64,000 bases of DNA from Bacilli bacterium (GCA_017511805.1 JAFWJA010000021.1:65956-129955), one strand, 5' to 3'. Positions 1 through 9,613 are shown, counted from the stretch's first letter. Notes: a model not told the origin generated them from the sequence alone. A program made the numbers and translations.

Positions 1-11
1 TTCTAAATAAA

Positions 12-548
12 ATGAAAAGACAAATTAGAGTTAATGGAGAAAAGCATACAGCAACATATCACTATATGAATAAGTATCAATATGTTCCTTTATGGATTTT
101 AGTAAAAGTTCTTTCATTTGGGCTTATTAATGAGTTATATGGAATATTAAAACCAGAAGATAAGGAAGAAATAGCTAGTTTTTATAAAATGAGTTCAGAA
201 GATTTAAAAGTATATCTTCAGTTACTTGCAAATTATAGAAATTTATGCGCACATGAAGATATAGTATATGATCATAGGACTCAAACATTTATTAGTGATA
301 CAAAGTATCATAAATTATTAAATATTGAACAAAATGAGTTAGGTGAATATATTCAAGGTAAAAATGATTTGTTTGCGGTTGTTATTATATTTAAACAAAT
401 GCTAGATAAAAATAGATTTAAAGATTTTATGAAGGAAATAAAGAATAGTTTTGATGAGTTTGATTTGAATGTTGATATTATAACAAATGAAAACTTATTA
501 AAGAGAATGGGATTCCCTAAAAATTATATGGATATTAAAGATTTATAG
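12..548 (+). CDS. Abi_2 (AbiD/AbiF-like) abortive-infection family protein, probably 5'-truncated by the window edge
   Basis: The translation carries the YRNLCAHED motif typical of the Abi_2 family (YRNxxAH). The reading frame is open back to nt 3, and the motif lies only about 75 aa from the first Met, so the N-terminal part is probably off-window. Confidence 0.6.
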   Translation: MKRQIRVNGEKHTATYHYMNKYQYVPLWILVKVLSFGLINELYGILKPEDKEEIASFYKMSSEDLKVYLQLLANYRNLCAHEDIVYDHRTQTFISDTKYHKLLNIEQNELGEYIQGKNDLFAVVIIFKQMLDKNRFKDFMKEIKNSFDEFDLNVDIITNENLLKRMGFPKNYMDIKDL

Positions 549-557
549 GAGGATTTT

Positions 558-1724
558 ATGGAAGATAATGAAAAGAAAGAAGTTGTAAAAAAGGCTCCAG
601 TAAAGAAAAAAGTTGAAAAGAAGGAACCTGTTATAACTGAACCAGTAGTATATCAAAAGAAGAAAAATAATTTTTTTAAATATTTCTTATTTTATTTGAT
701 AACTGTAGCAAGTGCAGTAGGAGCAGCTATATTAGTTGTTAAACTTTGTCCAATTGAATCAAAAGTAATAACTGAAACAGTTAATAAGACAATGGTTAGT
801 GAAGAAGGAATAGAAGAAGCTATTACTGGAGTATATGATGCAGTTGTTACTGTTAAGACAAGTAGTTATGGTTCGTTAGTATCAACTGGATCTGGTTTTG
901 TATATAAGAAAGAAGATAATGTAGGTTATATAATTACAAATAACCATGTTATAGAAGATGGAGATTCATATTCAGTAGTTCTTCAAAATGGTGAAGAGGT
1001 TGAAGCTAAACTACTAGGATGTGATAAGTATTCTGATTTAGCAGTTTTATCTATTGATGGAGATAAAGTAGTAAAAGTAGCTAAATTAGGTGATGATAGT
1101 TTATTAAAAATAGGTAATACAGTATTTACTGTAGGTAGTCCTATGGGTAGTGAATATAGTGGATCTGTTACTAGAGGTATAATATCTGCTACTGATAGAA
1201 CAGTAGAATCAGATGATATAGTTACAAATGTTATACAAACAGATGCTGCTATTAATCCTGGTAATTCAGGTGGACCACTTGTTAATATGGCAGGTGAAGT
1301 AATAGGTATTACTTCTAGTAAGTTATCAGCAACGCAAATAGAAGGTATGGGATTTGCAATACCTATAAATGATGCTATGGCTTATGTTAAGAGTCTTGAA
1401 AAAGGTGAAAAGATTAGTAGACCAGTAATTGGTGTATCATTAATAGCAGTAACTGATAGATATAAATTATTCTATTATGGTATTAATGTTGACAGAAGTA
1501 TAGAAAAAGGATTAGTTGTTGCTAGGGTAGAAAAAGGTAGTCCTGCAGCTAAATCTGGTCTAGAAGAAGGCGATGTAATACTAGAAATAAATGGTAAAGA
1601 AGTAGAAAGTTTATCTAAATTTAGATATTACTTGTTTCAACATAAAATTGGTGATAAAATATCTATTAAATATATAAGAAACAAAAAAGAAATGACAACA
1701 GACATCGTATTAGAAGGAGATTAG
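558..1724 (+). CDS. htrA: HtrA/DegP-family trypsin-like serine protease with N-terminal TM segment and one PDZ domain
   Basis: Catalytic Ser motif GNSGGPLVN, His in NNHVIED and a C-terminal PDZ-like region. RBS AGGAGG lies 6 nt upstream; the gap to the Abi_2 gene is 10 nt. Confidence 0.85.
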   Translation: MEDNEKKEVVKKAPVKKKVEKKEPVITEPVVYQKKKNNFFKYFLFYLITVASAVGAAILVVKLCPIESKVITETVNKTMVSEEGIEEAITGVYDAVVTVKTSSYGSLVSTGSGFVYKKEDNVGYIITNNHVIEDGDSYSVVLQNGEEVEAKLLGCDKYSDLAVLSIDGDKVVKVAKLGDDSLLKIGNTVFTVGSPMGSEYSGSVTRGIISATDRTVESDDIVTNVIQTDAAINPGNSGGPLVNMAGEVIGITSSKLSATQIEGMGFAIPINDAMAYVKSLEKGEKISRPVIGVSLIAVTDRYKLFYYGINVDRSIEKGLVVARVEKGSPAAKSGLEEGDVILEINGKEVESLSKFRYYLFQHKIGDKISIKYIRNKKEMTTDIVLEGD

Positions 1725-1725
1725 T

Positions 1726-2124
1726 ATGAAGACTAAAAAAATTATTATTATATCTATAATTGTTTTACTTGTATTATTTATTGGATTTTTAGTAATAAAT
1801 AAATTTATAGATTGGAATCCTAAAAAGACAGCAGAAAACAAATTAAATGATTTAGCAGATACTTTTTATGATCATTATTATGATGGTAAGTTAGATGAAT
1901 TAGGAAGTGCTGAAGAAGTTGCTAAGTTCTTAGCAGAATATAAAGATCTAGGATTAACAATAACTTTAGAAGACTTACAATATTATTTAGATAACTTTAA
2001 AATAGAAGATTATTCTGCATTTAAAAAATGTAATAAATCTGGGACTAAAGTAACTGTTATTCCTATAGAACCATATGGTAAGAAAGATTATAGTAAAACA
2101 TTTACTTTAAATTGTGATTTTTAA
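1726..2124 (+). CDS. Small membrane-anchored hypothetical protein
   Basis: N-terminal hydrophobic segment IIIISIIVLLVLFIGFLVI. Its start overlaps the htrA stop (TAGTATG). Confidence 0.5.
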   Translation: MKTKKIIIISIIVLLVLFIGFLVINKFIDWNPKKTAENKLNDLADTFYDHYYDGKLDELGSAEEVAKFLAEYKDLGLTITLEDLQYYLDNFKIEDYSAFKKCNKSGTKVTVIPIEPYGKKDYSKTFTLNCDF

Positions 2125-2136
2125 TAGAAAGAAAAA

Positions 2137-2163
2137 GAAAGGAGTAAACCTTTCTTTTTTTTT
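2137..2163. terminator. Bidirectional intrinsic terminator between convergent genes
   Basis: Hairpin gaaagg-agtaaa-cctttc followed by a T9 run. Confidence 0.7.
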
Positions 2164-3751
2164 ATATAAATAAACATACTATACCAGCTATAGCTAATAT
2201 AGAGAATAATACTAATGATATTTTGTAAGTCCATACTTTTTTAACTTGACCATCTATTGTATATTGATATATTTCAATATATGGAACTGGACTTCTTCTA
2301 TACCAACCAGTTACTTTTATTTCTTTACCAACATATTTACCTGATTTAAATAAAGCAAATATTTTATTTATTATGAACATAGGTTGGTTATAATCTAAGA
2401 ACATAATACCTGTTTTATCTTTAATTACAAAATCTTCACTAAATATACAACCAGGATCACCTTTACCTATGATAGTACCTTCTACTATAGCAGGAACTGA
2501 TGTAACTTGTGAAACATTTACTTCACCTAATAAATCTTCAACTGTAGTTTCTTTATAACCTGTTTTGTGTGCTCTTTTAAACTTAATAAATAATAATAAA
2601 CTTGTTACTAATAAACCTGCACCAATAATTTTCCACATATAATCTTGAATTGTTATTGCTAATATAGTAGTTGTTATTATACTTATCCAAGGAAGAATAA
2701 CTAGTAATAACTCAAATAAAAAGTTATCAACATAGCTTTGATCTTTCTTTAAATCAAATACTATATATGGTTTCATATTCATAGATTCTGCGATAGAAGA
2801 TATTCTATTAATTCTTTTTGAGATAAGAGGATGTGTAGAATTTAATTCAAACCATTTTGCCCATGGATTCCACATTTCCCATTTCATAGCATTTTTAATC
2901 TTATCTTTATTAATACCTTTTTCATCTATAGCAGATACTGCCATAGCTTTAGATGCACTTTTATCAAAGATACCTAAAGCATTTCTCTTTGAAACATCTT
3001 GATATTTTTTTCCTTTTTCAGTTTCTGGTTTAGATGAAGTACTTAAACCAAAACCAATTTTTACTAAAGCTTCTGCTAGTGCATTTGGTTTTCCTGTTTC
3101 TTGTACAGAGAATTCATCTGCATAGTATTCTCTTGTTCTAGATAGCCATAATATAAAGTATTGACTTATGATATATAAAACAAATGCTATATAACCAACA
3201 ATGGCAGCTTTACTATCATCACTATCACTACTACTTCTATTGTCTGCTAATAATTCATATATTGCATACATAACAAGTGGTACTACTTGAACAGCAGTCA
3301 TAACAAGCATATCCATATGAACAATATGTCCCATTTCATGACCAACAACAGCTTTAACTTCATCTTCAGTTAATAATTCAAAAATACCTCTAGTTAATAC
3401 TAATCTAGCATCCTTTTTAGTTCTTCCATAAGTAAATGCATTTGGTGCTCCATCTTCGATAATTCCTATTTTTGGATATTTAACATTATACTTAGTACAT
3501 TCTTCTTCAATAAACTTCTTTAAATAATCTGGTATTTCTTTATCAAATTTAGCTTTATAGAAAAATCTCATTGATAAGTCTGTTAACCATGGAGCTATTA
3601 AAAATTGAACTGCTATTATAACTATACCTGCGATAATAGCAATTAATACATTACCTCCTAGTAATAATGTAGCAAGTATAATAATACCTGCAAGTAAACC
3701 ATATAAACAAGTTATAGTAAATAATGATACCCCTAAAACTTTACTTTTCAT
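2162..3751 (-). CDS. M48-family Zn metallopeptidase (HtpX-like) with extra C-terminal membrane/OB-like extension
   Basis: HEMGH zinc-binding motif flanked by multiple TM helices. The extra C-terminal region of about 200 aa has 2 further hydrophobic segments. Confidence 0.75.
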   Translation of the reverse strand: MKSKVLGVSLFTITCLYGLLAGIIILATLLLGGNVLIAIIAGIVIIAVQFLIAPWLTDLSMRFFYKAKFDKEIPDYLKKFIEEECTKYNVKYPKIGIIEDGAPNAFTYGRTKKDARLVLTRGIFELLTEDEVKAVVGHEMGHIVHMDMLVMTAVQVVPLVMYAIYELLADNRSSSDSDDSKAAIVGYIAFVLYIISQYFILWLSRTREYYADEFSVQETGKPNALAEALVKIGFGLSTSSKPETEKGKKYQDVSKRNALGIFDKSASKAMAVSAIDEKGINKDKIKNAMKWEMWNPWAKWFELNSTHPLISKRINRISSIAESMNMKPYIVFDLKKDQSYVDNFLFELLLVILPWISIITTTILAITIQDYMWKIIGAGLLVTSLLLFIKFKRAHKTGYKETTVEDLLGEVNVSQVTSVPAIVEGTIIGKGDPGCIFSEDFVIKDKTGIMFLDYNQPMFIINKIFALFKSGKYVGKEIKVTGWYRRSPVPYIEIYQYTIDGQVKKVWTYKISLVLFSILAIAGIVCLFI

Positions 3752-3834
3752 ACATACTCCTTTCTACTAAATATATTATCATTTTTTTATATAAATAACA
3801 ATTATAATATGATATAATTATTATAGGTGAAAAT

Positions 3835-4068
3835 ATGAATAAAGATGACTTTATAGAATACCTTTTTGTAACAGGTCAATTAGATGATACATTTGATTTC
3901 AAAAATATTCTTAAATGTCCTGTTTGTAATAGTGAACTATTTATATATGAAGATAATCTTCTATATTGTAAGAAATGTGATCAGTTTTGTACGAATAGAT
4001 CAAGAAAGAAAATATCGAATAAAACATTAACTTATATAGAAAAAAAAGATATAAGAGATAGAATGTGA
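3835..4068 (+). CDS. Small zinc-ribbon protein (CxxC...CxxC)
   Basis: CPVCNSE ... CKKCDQFC pairs. Confidence 0.5.
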   Translation: MNKDDFIEYLFVTGQLDDTFDFKNILKCPVCNSELFIYEDNLLYCKKCDQFCTNRSRKKISNKTLTYIEKKDIRDRM

Positions 4069-4077
4069 GGTAGTACC

Positions 4078-6105
4078 ATGGATAAGAAAATAGAATATTT
4101 AAAGAAATATGTAGATTATTTAGAAAGAGGGGGTATGTCCTCGACTAGAGATGAATTAGAAGCTAAATATTATGTAGAAAATGATCCTGAATTATCAAAA
4201 GTTGTTAAGGATATAAATGAATCTAAAACTAGAGATGAAATGTTACAATCTATTGAAGCCTATAAAAAATCAGTAATAGCTAAACAAGATGAATTAGAAA
4301 GAATAAGAGAAGCTTGTAGTAGAGTATTTGGTATTTCATTAGATAAAGTTGAGCATAAAAGATTAAAATCAGGTATTGATATAATTGCTTTTTATGATGC
4401 TAAATTAGGTAGAAAAAGAATAATTGATTATAGTTATGCTAAATCATTAATTAATGAATTTACTAATATTCAAAATAGTGATAAAGATTTTCAAACTGAA
4501 GATGATGCGATGAATGCGGAAGCTATTGCTAAAAAAGAAGCTGATAGTAATTTAAAAAGAGAACTTGATTTGATTGATATAGAAAGAGCAAAAAATGAAT
4601 ATACAGAACTAATTAAAAGAGTACCTAATCAAGATCCTAAAAAGATAAGTAGTATTTTAAAGATATTAGCGGAAGCTGGTAAGAGAAATATTAAATATAT
4701 AAACTTTGAAAATATGGTTGCTTTAGATGATAAAGGTAATATTATTGAATCTTATTATAATGAAAAAACAAATGAAGTAGTTATGGAAAGTCCTGAAGAT
4801 TATGATTCATTTGTTGCTTATAGAGATGAAGAATCTCCAGCTCCTTTAGAAGAAAATCCTGATACTTTAGAACAAGAACAAAAAGAAGAGGAAGAGATAA
4901 AGGATAACGAAGATGAACTTAAGGTATATAAACAAAATCCTAGTCAACCAGTTATAAATAGAACACAAACTAGTACAACTCCTAATTTAGAAACTTATAT
5001 ACCTAATACTAGTGGAGTAGTAGTAGCTGCACCTAATTCTGCTAAGGGTCATTTACAAAGAGCAGTTGATGCAGAAGGTGCTTTAAATAATATGTTTAAA
5101 GAAAAAACAGTTGCAGCTATAGATGCAAAGGGTAAAATAGCATTAGCTCAAAAAATAGAAACTGCTAGAGCAGCTTTACAAAGAATAGCATCTAGTTTAA
5201 TGTCTACTTTAGAATTAAGAGGTGATTCTGAATCACAATTAGCAGCTAGTAAATTAAGAGGTATAGTAGCTGGTTTAGATTCAGAAAAAGGTGGTATAGA
5301 ATTATATACCATATACGATAGAATAATTGATGCTTTAACAGGTACGGATCTATTAAATAAGTCATTAGATTCTCAATTAATGGGTTATCAAGATCAAATT
5401 AAAAATTGTTTAGTAATGTTAGAAAGAAATTTTGGTGAAGTAGATCCAAAAACATTTACATCAAAGGACATGAGTGAAAAAACAGATTTTTATAAAATAG
5501 AATCTGAAAATGCAGACGCAGAATTAAAGATAATTGAAGATAATGCAACAGAAGATACAAAGGCTGCTATCAATATACTAAAGAGTATTGGTAAATCATT
5601 ATATGAACAACCTGCAGATTTTAGTTCACTTGATAGAGATGGTAAAACATTAGAAGAATATATGGATGAGAAATATGCGGAAAACAATATAGGAAATGAA
5701 ATAACTCCAAATGTAGTTCTTGATCCTAATCAAGTAGAAGTAGATCCAATTGATTTTGAATTAAAAGAACAAGTAGTAACACCAGAAGAATTAGATTTAG
5801 AAAATGAAATGAAAGTATGTTCTATAAATAAAGATAAAGATGAATTATATAAAAGAATTCAAGAATATGCAAAGAATATGGCTCAATTAGATGATGATTT
5901 TGAAAAACAAAGAATTAGTAAAGAAGAATTTGACTTCTATGAATTAATGAGTAAAAGGTACATAGAAAAATTACAATTAAAAAAAGTTAGAGTTAAAACA
6001 TTAGAGTATGATCCGAATAAAGAAGGTGGATCAGTTGCTTTAATGGTAGTAGCGGCTATTACAATAATTGTTTCTATTATAGTATTAATAGTAATGCATA
6101 AATAA
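4078..6105 (+). CDS. Large acidic coiled-coil hypothetical protein with C-terminal tail anchor
   Basis: 675 aa, rich in E/K/D, with a single C-terminal hydrophobic helix VALMVVAAITIIVSIIVLIV. No recognisable catalytic motif. Confidence 0.5.
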   Translation: MDKKIEYLKKYVDYLERGGMSSTRDELEAKYYVENDPELSKVVKDINESKTRDEMLQSIEAYKKSVIAKQDELERIREACSRVFGISLDKVEHKRLKSGIDIIAFYDAKLGRKRIIDYSYAKSLINEFTNIQNSDKDFQTEDDAMNAEAIAKKEADSNLKRELDLIDIERAKNEYTELIKRVPNQDPKKISSILKILAEAGKRNIKYINFENMVALDDKGNIIESYYNEKTNEVVMESPEDYDSFVAYRDEESPAPLEENPDTLEQEQKEEEEIKDNEDELKVYKQNPSQPVINRTQTSTTPNLETYIPNTSGVVVAAPNSAKGHLQRAVDAEGALNNMFKEKTVAAIDAKGKIALAQKIETARAALQRIASSLMSTLELRGDSESQLAASKLRGIVAGLDSEKGGIELYTIYDRIIDALTGTDLLNKSLDSQLMGYQDQIKNCLVMLERNFGEVDPKTFTSKDMSEKTDFYKIESENADAELKIIEDNATEDTKAAINILKSIGKSLYEQPADFSSLDRDGKTLEEYMDEKYAENNIGNEITPNVVLDPNQVEVDPIDFELKEQVVTPEELDLENEMKVCSINKDKDELYKRIQEYAKNMAQLDDDFEKQRISKEEFDFYELMSKRYIEKLQLKKVRVKTLEYDPNKEGGSVALMVVAAITIIVSIIVLIVMHK

Positions 6106-6117
6106 GGAGGTGAATAT

Positions 6118-6339
6118 ATGAAAAAATGTTCTGAATGTAATGTTGAAATGATTGAAGGTGTTGAAGTTTCTGGGCAACAACATTTAGAAATTGGTCCTGA
6201 AAGTCAATCAACTATTTATCTTAATATTCCAACTGGTAAAAAGTTTCTAGGATTTGATAGAACAACAAGAGTTAAACCACTAGCTAGAATATGCCCTAAA
6301 TGTGGTAAAGTAGAATTATATGTAAATATAGAAGAATAA
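6118..6339 (+). CDS. Small zinc-ribbon protein
   Basis: CSECN ... CPKCG. RBS AGGAGGTG upstream. Confidence 0.5.
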   Translation: MKKCSECNVEMIEGVEVSGQQHLEIGPESQSTIYLNIPTGKKFLGFDRTTRVKPLARICPKCGKVELYVNIEE

Positions 6340-6340
6340 A

Positions 6341-6368
6341 ATGAGAAAAGATTTCTCATTTTTTTATT
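6341..6368 (+). terminator. Intrinsic terminator
   Basis: Hairpin tgagaaa-aga-tttctca followed by T-run ttttttt. Confidence 0.7.
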
Positions 6369-6390
6369 ATGTGTTATAATATGTTTAACA

Positions 6391-6515
6391 TCTTATAAAG
6401 AGAGACGGAGTGACATGGCACTGTGAAGTCTCACCAACCTATTAAGTTAGGTGGTAAAGCCTGATCTATAAGATAACTAATAAGACTCAAAGTTATCTTT
6501 GAGTCTTTTATATTT
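6391..6515 (+). promoter_or_regulatory. SAM-I (S-box) riboswitch with antiterminator/terminator expression platform
   Basis: P1 TCTTATA (6391-6397) pairs with TATAAGA (6467-6473). Conserved segments AGAGAGacGGAG, GA, GGC, TGAA, CACCAACC, GGTGgtAA and CCTG match the SAM-I consensus. Alternative helix AAGATAACT (6471-6479) pairs with AGTTATCTT (6491-6499) as an antiterminator. Terminator agactcaaag-ttat-ctttgagtct (6483-6506) plus T-run. Extended -10 TGTTATAAT at 6372-6380. Confidence 0.75.
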
Positions 6516-6539
6516 ATAGGATGTTAGGAAGGAGGATAT

Positions 6540-6794
6540 ATGCGTACTCAATATTTTGTACAAGAACATGGATACTATGAAAGAGGGGCATTCTATGAAT
6601 ATATACATAATAAATATAAATTAAAAGATTTGTTTTTTAATAAAGATTATATGTCTAGTAGTAGTTTTCCATTTGTAATTGATTTTAAAAAGAAATATTT
6701 AACTGTATGTGAAAGTATAACATGTTGTGCAATGGCTGTACAAAATAAAAGAATAATGAATGTAGAAGAATTTAAAAAGAAAGAAGGTAAATAA
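6540..6794 (+). CDS. Hypothetical 84-aa protein, first gene under the SAM riboswitch
   Basis: Strong RBS GGAGG 8 nt upstream. Stop and start of the next gene overlap (TAATG). Confidence 0.5.
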   Translation: MRTQYFVQEHGYYERGAFYEYIHNKYKLKDLFFNKDYMSSSSFPFVIDFKKKYLTVCESITCCAMAVQNKRIMNVEEFKKKEGK

Positions 6795-7576
6795 TGATAG
6801 AGAAAGTTAATCCATCTCATCCAGATAAAGTAGCGGATAGAATAGCGGGTGCTATAGTAGATTTAGCATATACTAAATCTAGTACACCTAAGATTGCTGT
6901 GGAAATATTACTAGGGCATGGTAATTGTCATATAATAATAGAAACTAGTGAAGAATTTAAATATGAAGAAATAGATAAAATAGTAAAAAGAATAGGGGGT
7001 AATTTAAAACTAGATTTACAAATAGTAAAACAAGATCCTCATTTAGCACATAATCAAGATAGTCTAATTAGATGTGGAGATAATGGTATATTTAAAGGAG
7101 TACCATTAAGAGAAGAAGATAAGAAATTATCTAAGATAGCTCATGATATATATGATATATCTTCTAGTGATGGTAAATATGTTTTAGATGGTGATAAATT
7201 AATAATTTGCCAAAGTAATGTAATTAGTTCTGAATTACAAAAACTCTTCCCAAATGCCCAAATAAATCCATTAGGAGATTGGACTGGAGGTTCAGACGTT
7301 GACTCGGGAGCCACTAATCGTAAATTAGGTTCAGATATGGCAGAATCTGTTACTGGTGGAGGACTACATGGTAAAGATTTATCTAAGTCAGATGTCGCAA
7401 TTAATATATATGTATTTTTAAAAGCACAAGAACTAAATAAAGAAGTAAAATTATCTTGTGCGATAGGAGATGAATATGTTGATAATAGACCATATTCTGA
7501 AATAGTAGATATAGCAAGAGATTATATTAATAAAATAGGTGGATTTGAGAAATTAGCTGAATGGGGATTGTATTAA
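6794..7576 (+). CDS. Shortened S-adenosylmethionine synthetase (MetK/MAT)-like protein, 260 aa
   Basis: N-terminal NPSHPDKVADRIAGAIVD resembles MetK GHPDKIADQISDA. GDNGIFKG resembles GAGDQGLMFGYA. DSGATNRKLGSDMAESVTGGGLHGKDLSKSDVAINIY resembles [39 protein letters not shown]. About 130 aa of the canonical 380-390 aa enzyme are missing. Confidence 0.6.
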   Translation: MIEKVNPSHPDKVADRIAGAIVDLAYTKSSTPKIAVEILLGHGNCHIIIETSEEFKYEEIDKIVKRIGGNLKLDLQIVKQDPHLAHNQDSLIRCGDNGIFKGVPLREEDKKLSKIAHDIYDISSSDGKYVLDGDKLIICQSNVISSELQKLFPNAQINPLGDWTGGSDVDSGATNRKLGSDMAESVTGGGLHGKDLSKSDVAINIYVFLKAQELNKEVKLSCAIGDEYVDNRPYSEIVDIARDYINKIGGFEKLAEWGLY

Positions 7577-7581
7577 AAAAA

Positions 7582-7612
7582 AATAACTAATTTATTTAGT
7601 TATTTTATTTTT
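7582..7612. terminator. Bidirectional intrinsic terminator
   Basis: 9-bp stem aataactaa-tttat-ttagttatt followed by T-run; it overlaps the stop of the minus-strand gene. Confidence 0.7.
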
Positions 7613-8332
7613 TAAAGCCATAGGTCTTTTTTCACTTAATGTTTTGTAGCAATATCCATTTTCATCATAAAATCCTTTAACTGGATCATGATTATATAGT
7701 CTATCTTTTACAGCAAGAACTGTAGCAGGAGATTTTGCAAACATATTAAATAAGACATCATGTCCTACACATAATCCTAAAATAATATTTAATTTAGTTT
7801 CTTGTTCATTTATAAATAAAGCTTGCGCAATTGGATTACACATAGGAACAGATGCACTATCAAAACCTGTTAAGCCTAATTTTTCTCTTTCTACAGAACC
7901 CATCTTACACATTAGAGATTCAAGTTTAAATCTAACTTTATTCTTTTCTTCTTCACTTAAATCTTCATCTGAAGTAGGGGATAATACAGTTTTTGTTCCT
8001 AAAGTAACATCCACTAAATTAGCGAATAATCTAGCTTCTTCTCGTAATGCATAACAAAAAACTAGTCCAACTTTTTTATAATCCATTTTTCTTATAAACT
8101 CTATAGTTTCTTCTATTCTTGATTTTCCACCATATCTTCCAACAGCAACTTCAGCTGAAACTTTAGCAATTTTTAAACATTCACCTTCATATTTACTTAA
8201 AATTTCATTAAGTCTTTCTTGTTCGTTTAATGTAGGACAATTAGGCATCTTAACTGTATCCATTTCATTATGATAACAACCTCTATAAGGACATAATGCA
8301 CAGTTGTATTTTCCTTTTTCACATTTTTCCAT
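7592..8332 (-). CDS. DUF1847-like metal-binding (Cys-rich N-terminus) protein
   Basis: N-terminal CEKGKYNCALCPYRGC Cys cluster and overall similarity to the uncharacterised metal-binding DUF1847 family. Confidence 0.45.
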   Translation of the reverse strand: MEKCEKGKYNCALCPYRGCYHNEMDTVKMPNCPTLNEQERLNEILSKYEGECLKIAKVSAEVAVGRYGGKSRIEETIEFIRKMDYKKVGLVFCYALREEARLFANLVDVTLGTKTVLSPTSDEDLSEEEKNKVRFKLESLMCKMGSVEREKLGLTGFDSASVPMCNPIAQALFINEQETKLNIILGLCVGHDVLFNMFAKSPATVLAVKDRLYNHDPVKGFYDENGYCYKTLSEKRPMALKNKITK

Positions 8333-8403
8333 ACTATCACCTCTTAGTTCACTATATTATAGTCAATAAAAATAATAAGTCAAGTGAAACACTGAAAGAG
8401 TTA

Positions 8404-8437
8404 TACAAAAAAGCAAACTACTAATTAAGTAGTTTGC
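8404..8437 (-). terminator. Intrinsic terminator (minus strand) overlapping the last codons of the upstream gene
   Basis: 10-bp perfect stem gcaaactact-aatta-agtagtttgc, then a T-run on the minus strand. Confidence 0.7.
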
Positions 8438-8900
8438 ATTCGTGATCATATAAGAATTCATTCACTTTATTGATATCAAATATCTTCTCTTTAAAACAAA
8501 ATCTAATTATTAAATCAAAAGTAGTGTTCATAGGTAATGAATAAGAAGCACTTTTTAAAAGATCTTCTATTTCAGATTCATCTAGTTCTAATGCTAATCC
8601 TAAAAGTATTATTGTTTCTTTTGATGGATGATAATCTTTATTACTTCTAATCTTACTAAATAGTCTTCTATCTATATCAACTTTATTATATACATCTGAA
8701 TCTTTTAATTCTTTATCATCTATATATTTAAATAACTTAGTTTGAAAAGTATCATCTTCTTTATTATCATCTATATAACTATTTATATCAGCACAAGCAC
8801 ATTCAAAAGAACTAGTTCTCATTCTAGAAGATTTAAAAGCAACTTGTCCATCAACTAAATAACTATTTAAATACTCATCTAATTTCTTTTTTATATTCAT
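8421..8900 (-). CDS. XRE-like HTH-domain protein (Firmicutes family with the 'IDRRLFSKIRS..YHPSK' motif)
   Basis: Segment VYNKVDIDRRLFSKIRSNKDYHPSKETIILLGLALELDESEIEDLLKSASYSL is a helix-turn-helix-like signature. The likely start is ATG at 8900 (MNIKKK) with RBS GGAGA 5 nt upstream; the ORF track begins at GTG 8930. Confidence 0.45.
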   Translation of the reverse strand: MNIKKKLDEYLNSYLVDGQVAFKSSRMRTSSFECACADINSYIDDNKEDDTFQTKLFKYIDDKELKDSDVYNKVDIDRRLFSKIRSNKDYHPSKETIILLGLALELDESEIEDLLKSASYSLPMNTTFDLIIRFCFKEKIFDINKVNEFLYDHECKLLN

Positions 8901-8974
8901 AAAATGTCTCCTTTTATGCGACCAAATCACTTTTTATATACGATATTATTATATCAGAAAAGGAGAGGAAAGAT

Positions 8975-9586
8975 ATGAAAAAAGAAAAAAAATTAGATGT
9001 TGTCTTTATATTAGACAAAAGTGGATCTATGGGAGGTCAAGAAGAAAATACTATTAGTAGTTTTAATGAATATTTAGAAAAGGAAAAAAAGAATAAGTAT
9101 GAAACAAACATAACAACAGTACTATTTAGTGATAGATTTAATGTTATACATGATAGAGTTCCTGTTTCTAAAGTTAAGAAACTAACTAATAAAGAATACT
9201 TTGTAGGGGGTTGTACTGCTTTATATGATGCATTAGGTAATACTATTAATCATTTTGAAAGTTTAGATACAGATAAAGTATTATTTATAATAATTACTGA
9301 TGGTTATGAAAATGCATCTAGAGAATATAAGAATGAAGATATTAAGAGATTAATAAAGAAACATAAAGATTATGAATTCATTTATATTGGCGCAGATATA
9401 GATTCATATGCTGCCGGTAGTTCTATAGGTATAAGAAAGAACAACATAGCTAATTTCAAGAAAGATGAAAGAGGTACAAAAACACTATTTAGAGCAGCTA
9501 AAGCATTTGAATGTTCTTTAATGGATGAATCTGACTCATCTAATTGGAAACAAGAACTAGATGAATACTTAGATGAAAATAAATAA
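8975..9586 (+). CDS. Stand-alone cytoplasmic von Willebrand factor A (VWA) domain protein
   Basis: MIDAS motif DVVFILDKSGSMGG plus GGCTALYDALG and IIITDGYEN. No signal peptide. Confidence 0.75.
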   Translation: MKKEKKLDVVFILDKSGSMGGQEENTISSFNEYLEKEKKNKYETNITTVLFSDRFNVIHDRVPVSKVKKLTNKEYFVGGCTALYDALGNTINHFESLDTDKVLFIIITDGYENASREYKNEDIKRLIKKHKDYEFIYIGADIDSYAAGSSIGIRKNNIANFKKDERGTKTLFRAAKAFECSLMDESDSSNWKQELDEYLDENK

Positions 9587-9613
9587 GAAAGTAATATTAC
9601 TTTCTTATTTTTT
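9585..9613. terminator. Bidirectional intrinsic terminator between convergent genes
   Basis: 9-bp stem aagaaagta-atat-tactttctt with T-runs on both strands. Confidence 0.7.

Noticed and set aside
5490-5687. Short antisense ORFs inside larger genes. Examples: 5490-5687, 9905-10186, 10083-10271, 11265-11450, 13048-13320, 15545-15748, 15777-15998, 19870-20058, 27690-27983, 28812-29045, 31615-31860, 32920-33114, 38398-38598, 39657-39947, 40676-40861, 41113-41385, 49198-49428, 53207-53419, 57736-58008.
   Set aside because: All are nested within or antisense to longer ORFs with recognisable domains. They have low-complexity or hydrophobic composition typical of AT-rich antisense frames, and none has a credible RBS.
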